Source: Ruminococcus sp.
GTDB lineage: Bacteria; Bacillota; Clostridia; Oscillospirales; Acutalibacteraceae
Length of the DNA: 64,000 nt
Direction of reading: 5' to 3'
Assembly: GCA_017481885.1 (NCBI GenBank)
Contig: JAFUOM010000084.1
Location: 7,959-71,958, forward strand
The position numbers and the translations under genes were made by a program. The notes under the pieces were generated by a model. That model did no database searches. It worked only from the letters and a program-made list of their open reading frames with translations, and was not told where the DNA came from. Within the stretch, counting starts at the first letter, position 1, and each line of letters opens with the position of its first letter. This document shows positions 1 to 9,711 of this stretch, piece by piece.

Positions 1-122
1 GCTCCGCCTCCAAAGACCAGCGAGTGGTTTTTCTCAGCCATCGCTCTGCCCAGAGTTTCGCCAGCTTCTAAGTATGAACGGTCAATTTCGTCAGACGCCG
101 CACCATACACGCATATTCTCAT
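1..122 (-). CDS. LOG family (TIGR00730-like) nucleotide phosphoribohydrolase, N-terminal part; runs off window
   Basis: Not in ORF track. Manual translation from ATG at 122: MRICVYGAASDEIDRSYLEAGETLGRAMAEKNHSLVFGGG, the typical LOG N-terminus; GGAGG RBS at 131-135. Confidence 0.8.
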   Translation of the reverse strand, partial: MRICVYGAASDEIDRSYLEAGETLGRAMAEKNHSLVFGGG

Positions 123-142
123 AAATTAAGCCTCCGTTAATA

Positions 143-261
143 GCAATGTCTTAACTTTCGACATTGCCGTGAAATATCTGCTGATGCAGATGTGAATTTC
201 GCCTTAATGCGAGTGAAATTTTGCTTGTCGCAAAGTGAAATTTTTACCCTGATGGGTAAAA
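143..261. repeat. Tandem array of GTGAA(A/T)T-led short hairpins
   Basis: Units start at 169, 192, 213 and 235 (about 22-bp period), each GTGAAAT/GTGAATT followed by a different stem-loop; another hairpin at 143-167. Confidence 0.75.
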
Positions 262-271
262 GATAAGTTTA

Positions 272-1438
272 TTATAAGCACATTCTGTAGATTTTTTCGA
301 TATCTTCAGCTGTCAAATCCACAAAGCCTTGAAGTGTTGCGCCTTCGCACGCCTTTTTAGCCATCAGTGCAAAGTGCTCGTCGTTTATGCCGATTTCAGT
401 GAGTGTTGATGAAAGGCCCAGTGTGTTAAACAGGAAGTTTTCGAGCATCTCGATTGCCTTTTGAGCTATTTCCATAGGTGGTAAATTCTTGTCGATGTCA
501 AAAACATTCACGCCAAACTGAACGTATTTGCCGACATTTTTATCACTCAGGCAGTATCTTAAGAATCTTGGTGTGAGAATTGCAAGACCCAAGCCGTGGG
601 TGATGTCGTAAAACGCTGAAAGCTCGTGTTCAAGCGGATGACAGCTCCACTCGTGCTGTTTGCCACCTGTCACAAAGGTGTTGATTGCCCAGCTTGACGC
701 CCACATAAGGTTAGCTCTTGCTTCGTAATCATCAGGTTTTTGGAGAGCCACAGGTGTGTATTTTATAACAGTTTTTAAAAGTCCCTCCATTACACAGTCG
801 AGCATATAAAGGTCCTGTTCTCTTGCAAAGTAAACTTCCAAAATGTGGCTTAGAATATCCGCACTGCCGCACGCTGTCTGGTACTTGCTGACAGAGTAGG
901 TGAGAGTAGGGTCTAAGAATGATACCTTTGGAAGTAACGGCTTTGCAAGTCTGCCGATTTTGTCGTTTGTTTCAGGGTTAGAGATAACTCCACCGCAGTT
1001 CATCTCGGAACCTGTTGCAGAAAGTGTGAGCACTGTCAGCACAGGCAGAGCATCAGTAACATCTGCCCAATCTGAAAAGAAATCCCACGCATCGTGCTCA
1101 ACCTTTGCTGCAGCGGCAATCCACTTTGTGCAGTCGAGTGTTGAGCCACCGCCAACTGCTAAAAGTACGTCGATGTTCTGCTCTTTACAGATTTTAGCGC
1201 CCTCTCTTACTGAGTCAACCCTTGGGTTAGGCTCGATGCCGGAAAGCTCAAACATCTCAAGTCCTGCGTTTTCAATCTGCTCTTTAACTGTGTCGTAAAG
1301 TCCGCTTTTCTTAATTGAACCACCGCCGTAGCACAAAAGAACCTTTTTGCCGTAGTTTTTCAGCTCATCGCCTAAGTGCGACACAGCGTTTTCGCCGAAA
1401 TGTATTTTAGTTGGTACGTTGTAAATAAAACCGTTCAT
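272..1438 (-). CDS. Iron-containing alcohol dehydrogenase (NAD(P)H-dependent butanol dehydrogenase-like)
   Basis: GGGS motifs, LAVGGGSTLDCTK, metal ligands D..SH..E, HPLEH, HGLGL; start moved to MNGFIY (AGGAGG RBS at 1444-1449). Confidence 0.92.
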   Translation of the reverse strand: MNGFIYNVPTKIHFGENAVSHLGDELKNYGKKVLLCYGGGSIKKSGLYDTVKEQIENAGLEMFELSGIEPNPRVDSVREGAKICKEQNIDVLLAVGGGSTLDCTKWIAAAAKVEHDAWDFFSDWADVTDALPVLTVLTLSATGSEMNCGGVISNPETNDKIGRLAKPLLPKVSFLDPTLTYSVSKYQTACGSADILSHILEVYFAREQDLYMLDCVMEGLLKTVIKYTPVALQKPDDYEARANLMWASSWAINTFVTGGKQHEWSCHPLEHELSAFYDITHGLGLAILTPRFLRYCLSDKNVGKYVQFGVNVFDIDKNLPPMEIAQKAIEMLENFLFNTLGLSSTLTEIGINDEHFALMAKKACEGATLQGFVDLTAEDIEKIYRMCL

Positions 1439-1481
1439 AGTGTCCTCCTTTTGAATTGACTTATCTGTATAGATACAAAAA

Positions 1482-1568
1482 TTGTAGGGGAGGGAAATTC
1501 CCCTCATAGGGGAAATGTCCAAAGGACAAAAGGGTCTGGGCAACGCCGTACCTCTGTGACCTCCCGCA
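1482..1568. repeat. Composite REP-like palindrome (GTAGGGGAGG...CCTCCCG with a CCCCT..AGGGG-type palindrome inside)
   Basis: GTAG-led REP arm enclosing tcccctcataggggaaatgtccaaaggacaaaaggg. Confidence 0.55.
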
Positions 1569-1632
1569 AAAGCAACATTCCTAAATATCTACGATTTATC
1601 TGTGCATCAAACACAAATGAATCACAAATCAA

Positions 1633-1782
1633 AGGCTTCCCCTATTCTAGGGGAGGCTCCGCCATTGGCGGTGGTGAGGTAAAAAAGGTACGATAAAAGC
1701 AATGTGATTGATAAAAAGCAACGCTTTCAACCTCATCCGCTTCACATTTGTTCAGCACCTTCCCCATTCTCGGGGAAGGCTT
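1633..1782. repeat. About 150-bp palindromic REPIN/MITE-like element, copy 1
   Basis: aggcttcccc...ggaggctccgcc..ggcggtggtgaggt / caacctcatccg...caccttcccc...ggggaaggctt; second copy at 19096-19248. Confidence 0.85.
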
Positions 1783-1787
1783 GTTTT

Positions 1788-3632
1788 TTAATCTTGTTCA
1801 AACTGGCTGTTGTACAGCTCAGCGTAGAATCCGCCCTGAGCTAGCAATTCCTCGTGTGTGCCGACAGAGTCTATGTCGCCGTCTTTGAGCACTAAAATCA
1901 GGTCGGAATTTTTGATTGTTGAAAGTCTGTGAGCAATGACAAACGATGTTCTGTCCTTTGTCAGCTCATCCATAGCTCTTTGGATGATACGCTCTGTTCG
2001 TGTGTCAACCGAGCTTGTTGCTTCATCAAGAATGAGAAGCGGAGCGTTTTCAATCATAGCTCTTGCAATTGTGAGCTGTTGCTTTTGTCCTGATGAAAGC
2101 GATGTTTTATCGTCGAGCACGGTGTCGTAACCGTGTGGCAAAGCGTGGATAAAGTGGTGAATTCCCACAGCTTTGCAGGCTTTAATGATTTCATCGTCAG
2201 TAACGTTTTCTTTTGAATATACAAGGTTTTCTTTTACAGTGCCCTCAAACAGCCAGGTGTCCTGAAGCACCATACAGAAAAGGCTGTGCACATTTTCTCT
2301 TGTAAGCGTGTCAATCGGCACGCCGTCAATCAGTATATCACCCGAATTAACCTCGTAAAAACGCATCAGCAGGTTGACGATAGTGGTCTTTCCTGCACCT
2401 GTCGGACCGACAATTGCTACTTTCTGACCTGCTTTAACTTTCAGGCTGAAATCGTTGATGATAGTTTTGTCTTTTGTGTAGCCGAATTTCACGTTCTTGA
2501 ATTCAACGTCACCCTTAACATTTGTAAGGCGGGTTGTTTTGTGCCTTTCGTCGCTGAGCTCTTTTTCGCCGAGGTATTCAAACACTCGCTCACTTGCCGC
2601 CGCAGTTGACTGCATACTTGTGAACGCCTGAGCAATCTGTGACAGCGGATTTGTGAACAGTCTGACGTAAACCATAAACGCAACAATAACACCAAAGGTG
2701 ATTTTGCCGTTTAACGCAAGCAGTGCACCGACAATGCAAACTGCAACGTATCCTAAATTTCCGATAAATGTCATCAGCGGTTGCATAAGACCAGACAGTG
2801 CAGACGCTTTGAACGAACTGTCACGCAAATGACGGTTGATTCTGTCAAACTCCTGTTTTGAGCTTTTTTCTGCGTTGAAAGCTTTTACTACAATGTGACC
2901 CGAGTAAATCTCCTCAACGTGACCGTTTATTGCACCCAAGTGCCTTTGTTGACGTGAAAAATGCTTTTGCGAATTCTTCATAATCACGCTCATAAGCACA
3001 AAGCCTAAAATTGAAGTGGCCACCGCTGTGAGTGTGAGCGTAACGTTTGTAATGAGCATCATAAACAGCGAACCAACAAACAAGGTTACGTTTGAAACCA
3101 GCATACCGATGCTCTGGTTTAAGGTCATACCGATGGTGTCGATGTCGTTAGTGATTCGAGAAAGAACATCGCCGTAGCTTACTTTGTCAAAGTACGAAAA
3201 AGGCAGACGGTTTGTTTTTTCGATGATGTCGGTTCTAAGCCTTTTTGACAGCTTTTGTGTTACTGTCGCCATAATAAACTGCTGTGAAAAGCTTAAAATC
3301 CAGCTGATACCGTACAGCACCATCATTATAACCGCAAGCTGTGTTACCTTGTCAGTGTCGATGTGTGTCATCAAACCTGCTGTGATTATGTCTGTAATTT
3401 TGCTGAGCACCTTAGGACCAACAAGCGAAACAATAGTGCCAATCATAGCACACACAATCGCAACCACTGTTGCGGGGATGTACGATTTTGAGTAATTTAT
3501 GAGTTTACCCCAGGTTTTTTTGAAATCCTTTGGCTTTTCGCCGTGGAATTTGTTGCCACCCGGACCGCCTTTGTGGGCAGTGTGTGGCTTTGAGTATTTT
3601 TCGCCGACCATAGTCTTTTTCTTTTCAATCAT
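1788..3632 (-). CDS. ABC exporter permease/ATP-binding subunit (canonical Walker B/H-loop half of a heterodimer)
   Basis: Multi-TM domain, GPTGAGKT, LSSGQKQ, ILDEATS, IAHR; start at 3632 overlaps upstream stop (ATGA), AGGAGG RBS. Confidence 0.92.
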   Translation of the reverse strand: MIEKKKTMVGEKYSKPHTAHKGGPGGNKFHGEKPKDFKKTWGKLINYSKSYIPATVVAIVCAMIGTIVSLVGPKVLSKITDIITAGLMTHIDTDKVTQLAVIMMVLYGISWILSFSQQFIMATVTQKLSKRLRTDIIEKTNRLPFSYFDKVSYGDVLSRITNDIDTIGMTLNQSIGMLVSNVTLFVGSLFMMLITNVTLTLTAVATSILGFVLMSVIMKNSQKHFSRQQRHLGAINGHVEEIYSGHIVVKAFNAEKSSKQEFDRINRHLRDSSFKASALSGLMQPLMTFIGNLGYVAVCIVGALLALNGKITFGVIVAFMVYVRLFTNPLSQIAQAFTSMQSTAAASERVFEYLGEKELSDERHKTTRLTNVKGDVEFKNVKFGYTKDKTIINDFSLKVKAGQKVAIVGPTGAGKTTIVNLLMRFYEVNSGDILIDGVPIDTLTRENVHSLFCMVLQDTWLFEGTVKENLVYSKENVTDDEIIKACKAVGIHHFIHALPHGYDTVLDDKTSLSSGQKQQLTIARAMIENAPLLILDEATSSVDTRTERIIQRAMDELTKDRTSFVIAHRLSTIKNSDLILVLKDGDIDSVGTHEELLAQGGFYAELYNSQFEQD

Positions 3633-5389
3633 TTTGACAGCTCCTCCTGTGATAATTGTGACAGAGCAATCTCCTTGTAAACTTCGCAAGTTTCGAGCAA
3701 CTCGTGGTGTTTGCCCATTCCTGCAATTTCGCCCTCGTTAAGCACAATGATAAGGTCGGCGTCTTTGATTGTGCCAATACGCTGAGCTACGATAATGTTG
3801 GTTGTTCCTTTTGTCTGCTGTTTTAAAGCGTTTCTGAGCGTTCGGTCTGTTTTGTAGTCAAGCGCTGAGAACGAGTCGTCAAAAATGAGGATTTCAGGTT
3901 CTCTGCAAATTGCTCTTGCAATGCACAAACGCTGTCGCTGACCGCCCGAAACGTTAGTACCGCCTTGGGCTATGTCGGAATCATATTCGTACGGCATCTT
4001 TTCGACAAAGTCCTTGCCCTGTGCAATTCCAACCGCACGCTTTACGTCATCTTCTGTGTAGTTGTCTTTGCCGTTTGTGCCGAAAGCGACGTTTGTGTTT
4101 ACAGTTCCCGAGAAAAGCAGAGCTTTCTGCGGAACGTAACCGAGCTTGTTGTGCAAAGCTTCAAGCTTGTAGTCCTTTACGTTAACTTTGTCAACCAGCA
4201 CTTCGCCTTCTGTCACATCGTAAAAACGAGGAATCAGGTTAATCAGCGTTGATTTACCGCAACCTGTCGAGCCGATAATTGCAACAGTGTCGCCCTTGTT
4301 TGCTTTGAAGCTGATGTCTTTTAATACATAGTCACTTGCGTCAGGGTACTTAAAGCTGACGTTTTTAAATTCAACTTCGCCTGTAACAGCTTTATCTGTG
4401 CCCTCGTTTTCGCCATCAAATATAGTAGGCTCTGTGTCGATAACCTCGTTGATACGCTTTGCCGCAATAACAGCACGTGGTGCCATAACAAATATCATAT
4501 TCAGCACCATAAACGACATAATAACGTGGATTGCGTACTGCGAGAATACAATCATCTCGGAGAAAATCTCAACCCTGTCCATACCGTATGCCTGATTGAT
4601 GATAAACGCACCTAAAAAGTATATGACAACGGACATACCGTTCATTACAATCATCATTGTAGGACCCATAATTGACATAACTCTGTGTGCACTGAGGTTG
4701 TTTTTGGTAATCTCGTCGTTTGCTTTTTCGAACTTTTCTTCCTGATATTTCTCAGCATTGTATGCTTTTATAACACGCAAGCCTGTCAGGTTTTCTCTTG
4801 TAATGCGGTTGATGTTGTCGGTAAGTCCCTGAATTCTTTTGAATTTCGGTAACGCAAAGAAGTAGCAGATAAGTAGCACCGCACACACAATCAGCACCGA
4901 AATAACTGTTGTCAACGTCCACTGATAGTGCTTACCCCAGATTTTGCTGATTGCCCACACGCTCATTACAGGAGCTTTAATAAGTGCGAGCGTACCAAAA
5001 GCGATTATATTCTGCACTTGAGTAATATCGTTTGTTGAACGGGTGATGAGGGAAGCGGAGGAAAACTTGTTCATCTGCTCGAGTGAAAATGAGCTTACCT
5101 TGGTGTAGAGCTTTGCTCTTACTCTGAAAGAGTAGTCCGACGCAATTTTTGCAGAAATAATGTGTATCAGCACCGCCATTAAAAGCGATATGAGTGCACA
5201 TAAGAGCATTTTTCCACCGGCTATGAGAACACCGCCGAGTTCACTGCCCTGAGTTTGCACAAGCTGGGTGATTTCTGCCATATAGTCAGGCATTTTGAGT
5301 TCCGCAAAAACCTGTAGCAGAATAACTAAGGCGTTGAGCAGAACGTAAAGCCAGCTTTTTTTATCAAAGTGTTTAACAATTTCTTTCAC
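3629..5389 (-). CDS. ABC exporter permease/ATP-binding subunit (degenerate half of a heterodimer)
   Basis: GSTGCGKS, VSGGQRQR, degenerate Walker B IFDDS and H-loop VAQR, as in heterodimeric multidrug exporters. Confidence 0.92.
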   Translation of the reverse strand: MKEIVKHFDKKSWLYVLLNALVILLQVFAELKMPDYMAEITQLVQTQGSELGGVLIAGGKMLLCALISLLMAVLIHIISAKIASDYSFRVRAKLYTKVSSFSLEQMNKFSSASLITRSTNDITQVQNIIAFGTLALIKAPVMSVWAISKIWGKHYQWTLTTVISVLIVCAVLLICYFFALPKFKRIQGLTDNINRITRENLTGLRVIKAYNAEKYQEEKFEKANDEITKNNLSAHRVMSIMGPTMMIVMNGMSVVIYFLGAFIINQAYGMDRVEIFSEMIVFSQYAIHVIMSFMVLNMIFVMAPRAVIAAKRINEVIDTEPTIFDGENEGTDKAVTGEVEFKNVSFKYPDASDYVLKDISFKANKGDTVAIIGSTGCGKSTLINLIPRFYDVTEGEVLVDKVNVKDYKLEALHNKLGYVPQKALLFSGTVNTNVAFGTNGKDNYTEDDVKRAVGIAQGKDFVEKMPYEYDSDIAQGGTNVSGGQRQRLCIARAICREPEILIFDDSFSALDYKTDRTLRNALKQQTKGTTNIIVAQRIGTIKDADLIIVLNEGEIAGMGKHHELLETCEVYKEIALSQLSQEELSK

Positions 5390-5841
5390 TTGTTCTCCTC
5401 CTTTAGAAGATTTTGCTTGATTTTTTCGCAGGTCGCGTAAAACGCAAGAAGCTCGTCATCGGAAATTGAACCTCTGAGCACTTCTTCGAGTTTAAGTCGC
5501 TGAAATTTAATTTTGTCAACGAGTAGCTCTGCTTTTTGTGTCAGCACGATTTTTTTCAGCCTGCGGTCTGATTTATCGTCAAGTCGTGCGATGTAGTCTT
5601 TAGACTCCAGTTGCGAGAGCACCTTGCTCATTGTTGAGCGACGAACGTTGAATTCACGTTCCAAATCACGCTGGAAAATATTTTCTTCTGCGTGGTCGCT
5701 AAGATAGCCGATGATGCACGCACTTGAGTGTGAAAGGGCAGCTTTCTCGTCGTTTTCACAGCACCCATCGGTTTTCTGAATCAATCGGTGTACAAGGTTA
5801 TTGATTTCGGCAATCTGCCTGCCGATTTCTGAGTTTTTCAT
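5386..5841 (-). CDS. MarR family transcriptional regulator
   Basis: wHTH QRDLEREFNVRRSTMSKVL...DRR; first gene of the ABC operon. Confidence 0.9.
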   Translation of the reverse strand: MKNSEIGRQIAEINNLVHRLIQKTDGCCENDEKAALSHSSACIIGYLSDHAEENIFQRDLEREFNVRRSTMSKVLSQLESKDYIARLDDKSDRRLKKIVLTQKAELLVDKIKFQRLKLEEVLRGSISDDELLAFYATCEKIKQNLLKEENK

Positions 5842-5854
5842 AGTGCACCCCTTT

Positions 5855-5913
5855 TGTTAGCAGTAAAACTGTTTGATGTCTAACATTATACAGCACTTTG
5901 CAAATACCGTCAA
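5855..5913 (-). promoter_or_regulatory. Sigma-A promoter of the marR-ABC operon with putative MarR operator
   Basis: Minus strand TTGACG-17-TATAAT (5913-5885); inverted repeat TGTTAG(5855-5860)...CTAACA(5880-5885) just downstream. Confidence 0.65.
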
Positions 5914-6029
5914 TCGTATTTTGTCGCATACTACTGTGTTATCAAAACGAGGATGAAAAATTTGTAAAATTTCGTTGAATTTGGAGCGCTGTGGTGTTAT
6001 ACTACACTAAAGTAAAATGAGGTGAAATA

Positions 6030-6905
6030 ATGGTACATATTTTGTATAATCCAAAATCAAACTGTGGTTTTGGCACTCAGGTTATGCTTGATGACGCAAC
6101 AAAGTGCTTTGAGCAGAGCAAGTGTGTCAGCCTTTTTGATATTGCTGACTTAAAGGCTTACTTTGAAAAACTTTCGTCTGATGATGAAGTTATGCTTGTC
6201 GGTGGTGACGGCACACTGAACGTCGCACTAAATAAGTTAAGAGATGTTGAAATCAAAAACAACCTTTATCTTTATAAAGGCGGTTCAGGTAATGATTTCT
6301 TAAGAGATGTTTGTGCTGATAAGTTTGAAGACACAAAATTTATCAAAATTAACGAGTACATCGAAAACCTTCCTGTTGTGACAGTAAACGGTAAGGAGTA
6401 CCTTTTCATTAATAATGTAGGTTTCGGTATTGACGGCAGAGTGTGCACAGCGGCTGAGGACATCAGAGCCAAGGGCAAGACAAAGATTAACTACACAACT
6501 TTGGCAATCAAGCTTTTGCTCACTTCTTACAAGCCAAACGGTGCAACCATAACCGTTGACGGAAAAAAGCACAGCTATAAAAATGTGTGGCTTGCTCCGA
6601 TTATGAACGGACTTTACTACGGTGGCGGTATGATGCCGTGTCCAAATCAAAACAGAAAAAGCGATTTGATTTCTACCTGTGTTATTCACTCGACAAACGC
6701 TTTGCAGACACTCATCATTTTCCCGTCATTGTTCAAAGGCGAGCACATAAAGCACACGAAAAATGCGGTTGAGCTTTCGGGCAAGGTAATCAAAGTGGAG
6801 TTTGATAAACCACAGGATGTGCAGATTGACGGCGAAACAATCCGCGGTGTGACAGAGATTTCGGCTGTTAAATTTGCTAAAAGCAGAAAAAGTGCCACAG
6901 TATAA
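6030..6905 (+). CDS. Diacylglycerol kinase family lipid kinase (YegS/BmrU-like)
   Basis: YNPKS, VGGDGT, GGSGNDF, YYGGG and QIDGE motifs. Confidence 0.88.
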   Translation: MVHILYNPKSNCGFGTQVMLDDATKCFEQSKCVSLFDIADLKAYFEKLSSDDEVMLVGGDGTLNVALNKLRDVEIKNNLYLYKGGSGNDFLRDVCADKFEDTKFIKINEYIENLPVVTVNGKEYLFINNVGFGIDGRVCTAAEDIRAKGKTKINYTTLAIKLLLTSYKPNGATITVDGKKHSYKNVWLAPIMNGLYYGGGMMPCPNQNRKSDLISTCVIHSTNALQTLIIFPSLFKGEHIKHTKNAVELSGKVIKVEFDKPQDVQIDGETIRGVTEISAVKFAKSRKSATV

Positions 6906-7054
6906 CACCAAAAAATGAATATATAAAAATATATAGGGGACTGTTTCTTTGTAGAAAGGGTCCCTGTTTGTTTAATTATGATATAAATCTTTGTTAAAGT
7001 TGTCACTTTAGGAGGGTGAAATTTCAGCAAAAAGCCGAAATTGGGTTGTGTTAA

Positions 7055-7083
7055 TTGACTTTAGCATACTGATGTAGTAAAAT
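7055..7083 (+). promoter_or_regulatory. Sigma-A promoter upstream of hppA
   Basis: TTGACT-17-TAAAAT. Confidence 0.6.
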
Positions 7084-7096
7084 TTTATGCACACTC

Positions 7097-7375
7097 TAGA
7101 GTGAGTCAAGCATATTTGAACCAGCCTCAATCTTAGTATTTTCGCCACTTTTGAGCGTTTCGAACACCTCAAGGCGTCAGCCTTGCGGTATTCTCAGCCC
7201 CCAAAAATTGTCTGAAACTACTTAAGATTTAGGTCGAAGAATTTTTTAGGTGAGGATTTTTGACTCAATCTAGGCAAAAACGCAGTGAATCCTGTCGGAT
7301 TCACGAGTATTTTTACGAAGAGTGAGCAAAAATAATCCCTTAAAAATCTGATTCAGATATGTTTGACTCACTCTA
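7097..7375. mobile_element. Non-autonomous MITE, 279 bp including flanking TA
   Basis: 24-bp terminal inverted repeats TAGAGTGAGTCAAGCATATTTGAA / TTCAGATATGTTTGACTCACTCTA (2 mismatches), TA at both ends, internal hairpins, no transposase. Confidence 0.85.
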
Positions 7376-7396
7376 ATAGGAGGAGAGCAATATTTT

Positions 7397-9514
7397 ATGG
7401 AAAAATATCTTGTAATTGCGACCTTTGTCGGTGCGCTCTTAGCTATTACTTTTGCCGTTATTATGGCAAAAAGAGTGCTCAGCTTTGACGAAGGCACAGA
7501 AAAAATGAAAAAAATCTCCGCAAACATCAGACAGGGTGCTAACGCTTACCTCAAAAGACAGTACACAATCGTTTCTGTCTTCTTCCTTGGTATGTTTGTT
7601 ATTCTTTGTCTTATGGCTGCATTCAAAATGCTCACATGGTACGTTCCGTTTGCGTTTATCACAGGCGGTCTGTTCTCAGGTCTTTCAGGCTTTATCGGTA
7701 TGAAAATCGCTACAGCTGCTAACGCTCGTACAGCGAACGCTTGCCGTGAAGGTCTTAACCGTGGCTTGCGTGTAGCTTTCTCAGCAGGTTCAGTAATGGG
7801 CTTCACTGTTGTAGGTTTAGGACTTTTAGATATTTCAATCTGGTTCTTCCTGCTCAGATTTGTGTTCCACTGCGAAGCTGCTGAAATCACAAGTGCAATG
7901 CTCACATTCGGTATGGGTGCTTCATCAATGGCGCTGTTTGCCCGTGTAGGCGGCGGTATCTTCACAAAGGCTGCTGACGTTGGTGCTGACCTTGTTGGTA
8001 AGGTTGAGGCAGGTATCCCTGAGGATGACCCTAGACACCCTGCTTGTATCGCTGATAACGTAGGCGATAACGTAGGTGACGTAGCAGGTATGGGCGCTGA
8101 CCTTTACGAGTCTTATGTTGGCTCAATTATCTCAGCTTCAGCTTTAGGTGTTGCTGCTTTCTCTAATTTACACGACCCTGCGTTCGGTTTCAGAGCAATG
8201 GCTGTTCCAATGCTCATTGCCGCAATCGGTATTATTTGTTCAATTCTCGGTACATTCTTTGTACGCACAAAGGAAAATGCTACACAGAAAATGCTGTTAA
8301 AGTCACTTTCACGTGGTACAAACCTTTCTGCTATTGTTATTGCCGCTGCAGCTTTCCCACTTATTTACTTCATTCTTGGCAAAGCTAACATCGGCTTCTA
8401 CTTTGCGATTATCGCAGGTTTACTTGCAGGTGTGCTCATCGGTCTTTCAACTGAGTACTTCACATCTGATTCTTACAAGCCTACAAAGGGCCTTGCTGCT
8501 AAGTCAGAGACAGGTTCAGCTACTATTATTATCGGTGGTTTAGGTCTTGGTATGTTTTCAACAGTTCTTCCAATCGTTATCGTTGGTGTTTGTGTACTTG
8601 TTGCTTACTTTGTATCAGCAGGTAACTTAACAGAAGCAGGCGGTGCATCCGCAGGTCTTTACGGTATCGCATTAGCCGCTGTTGGTATGCTTTCAACACT
8701 CGGTATTACTCTTGCTACTGACGCTTACGGCCCTGTTGCTGACAACGCCGGCGGTATCGCTGAAATGTCAGGTCTCGAGCCTGAGGTAAGACAGAGAACC
8801 GACGCTCTTGACTCACTTGGTAACACAACTGCTGCTACAGGTAAGGGCTTTGCTATCGGTTCAGCCGCTCTTACAGCTTTGGCACTCGTTGCTTCTTACA
8901 TCGAGAAAGCTCAGGAAGTTGGCGCAAAGGTAGACTTCTCTACATTCACTGTAATGGACCCACTCGTACTTGTTGGTCTGTTCATCGGTGCTTGCTTACC
9001 ATTCGTATTCGCAGCGCTCACAATGGAATCTGTTGGCCGTGCGGCTCAGTCTGTTGTAATTGAAGTAAGACGCCAGTTCAAGTCAATCAAGGGTCTTATG
9101 GAAGGTAAGGCTGAGGCTGACTACGCAAAGTGCGTTGACCTTTGTACAAAGTCAAGCTTAAAGGAAATGATTCTTCCAACAATCGTTGCGGTTGTAACTC
9201 CTGTTGTTGTAGGTCTTGTTTTAGGTGTTGGCGGTGTAGTTGGTATGCTCGCAGGTGCAACAGTTACAGGCTTCTTGCTTGCTATCTTTATGTCAAACTC
9301 AGGCGGTGCTTGGGATAACGCTAAAAAGTACATCGAGTCCGGTGTACACGGCGGTAAGGGCAGTGACCAGCACAAGGCTGCTGTAGTTGGTGACACAGTT
9401 GGTGACCCATTCAAGGATACATCAGGTCCTGCAATTAACATCCTTATCAAGCTGCTCTCTATGGTTTCAATCGTATTCGCAGCATTGGTTGTTAACTTCT
9501 CAATTTTAGGTTAA
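7397..9514 (+). CDS. hppA: Membrane-bound K+-dependent (probably Na+-translocating) pyrophosphatase
   Basis: GGGIFTKAADVGADLVGKVE, DNVGDNVGD, GNTTAA (Ala, K+-dependent type), GDTVGDPFKD. Confidence 0.95.
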   Translation: MEKYLVIATFVGALLAITFAVIMAKRVLSFDEGTEKMKKISANIRQGANAYLKRQYTIVSVFFLGMFVILCLMAAFKMLTWYVPFAFITGGLFSGLSGFIGMKIATAANARTANACREGLNRGLRVAFSAGSVMGFTVVGLGLLDISIWFFLLRFVFHCEAAEITSAMLTFGMGASSMALFARVGGGIFTKAADVGADLVGKVEAGIPEDDPRHPACIADNVGDNVGDVAGMGADLYESYVGSIISASALGVAAFSNLHDPAFGFRAMAVPMLIAAIGIICSILGTFFVRTKENATQKMLLKSLSRGTNLSAIVIAAAAFPLIYFILGKANIGFYFAIIAGLLAGVLIGLSTEYFTSDSYKPTKGLAAKSETGSATIIIGGLGLGMFSTVLPIVIVGVCVLVAYFVSAGNLTEAGGASAGLYGIALAAVGMLSTLGITLATDAYGPVADNAGGIAEMSGLEPEVRQRTDALDSLGNTTAATGKGFAIGSAALTALALVASYIEKAQEVGAKVDFSTFTVMDPLVLVGLFIGACLPFVFAALTMESVGRAAQSVVIEVRRQFKSIKGLMEGKAEADYAKCVDLCTKSSLKEMILPTIVAVVTPVVVGLVLGVGGVVGMLAGATVTGFLLAIFMSNSGGAWDNAKKYIESGVHGGKGSDQHKAAVVGDTVGDPFKDTSGPAINILIKLLSMVSIVFAALVVNFSILG

Positions 9515-9531
9515 TTTAATAGTTAAAATAC

Positions 9532-9568
9532 AAAAACCGCGTGTGGTGTTATCTACACGCGGTTTTTT
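9532..9568 (+). terminator. Intrinsic terminator after hppA
   Basis: aaaaaccgcgtgtgg...ctacacgcggtttttt. Confidence 0.8.
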
Positions 9569-9711
9569 GTGCCTTGAAACGCATTATAGTCTTTGATTAT
9601 GCTAATGTTTTGGGTGGTTTGTGTAAAAAATTTACAGCAATATCACAAAAACTATTGTATATCACAAGTGAAAACTGTATAATTAGCCTATAAATATAAG
9701 GAGGGAACCTT

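Noticed and set aside
143-261. Mini-CRISPR
   Set aside because: Constant part is only 7 nt and the variable parts are palindromic, the reverse of CRISPR organisation
1439-1543. N-terminal extensions in the ORF track (also at 3689, 17128, 22992, 24891, 49990, 59957, 60708)
   Set aside because: They run into repeats, terminators or upstream genes; downstream starts have clear RBS and family-typical N-termini
9622-9683. Named regulator site upstream of the glycoside hydrolase
   Set aside because: ATATCACAA direct repeat and a short palindrome are present but cannot be assigned and may be chance
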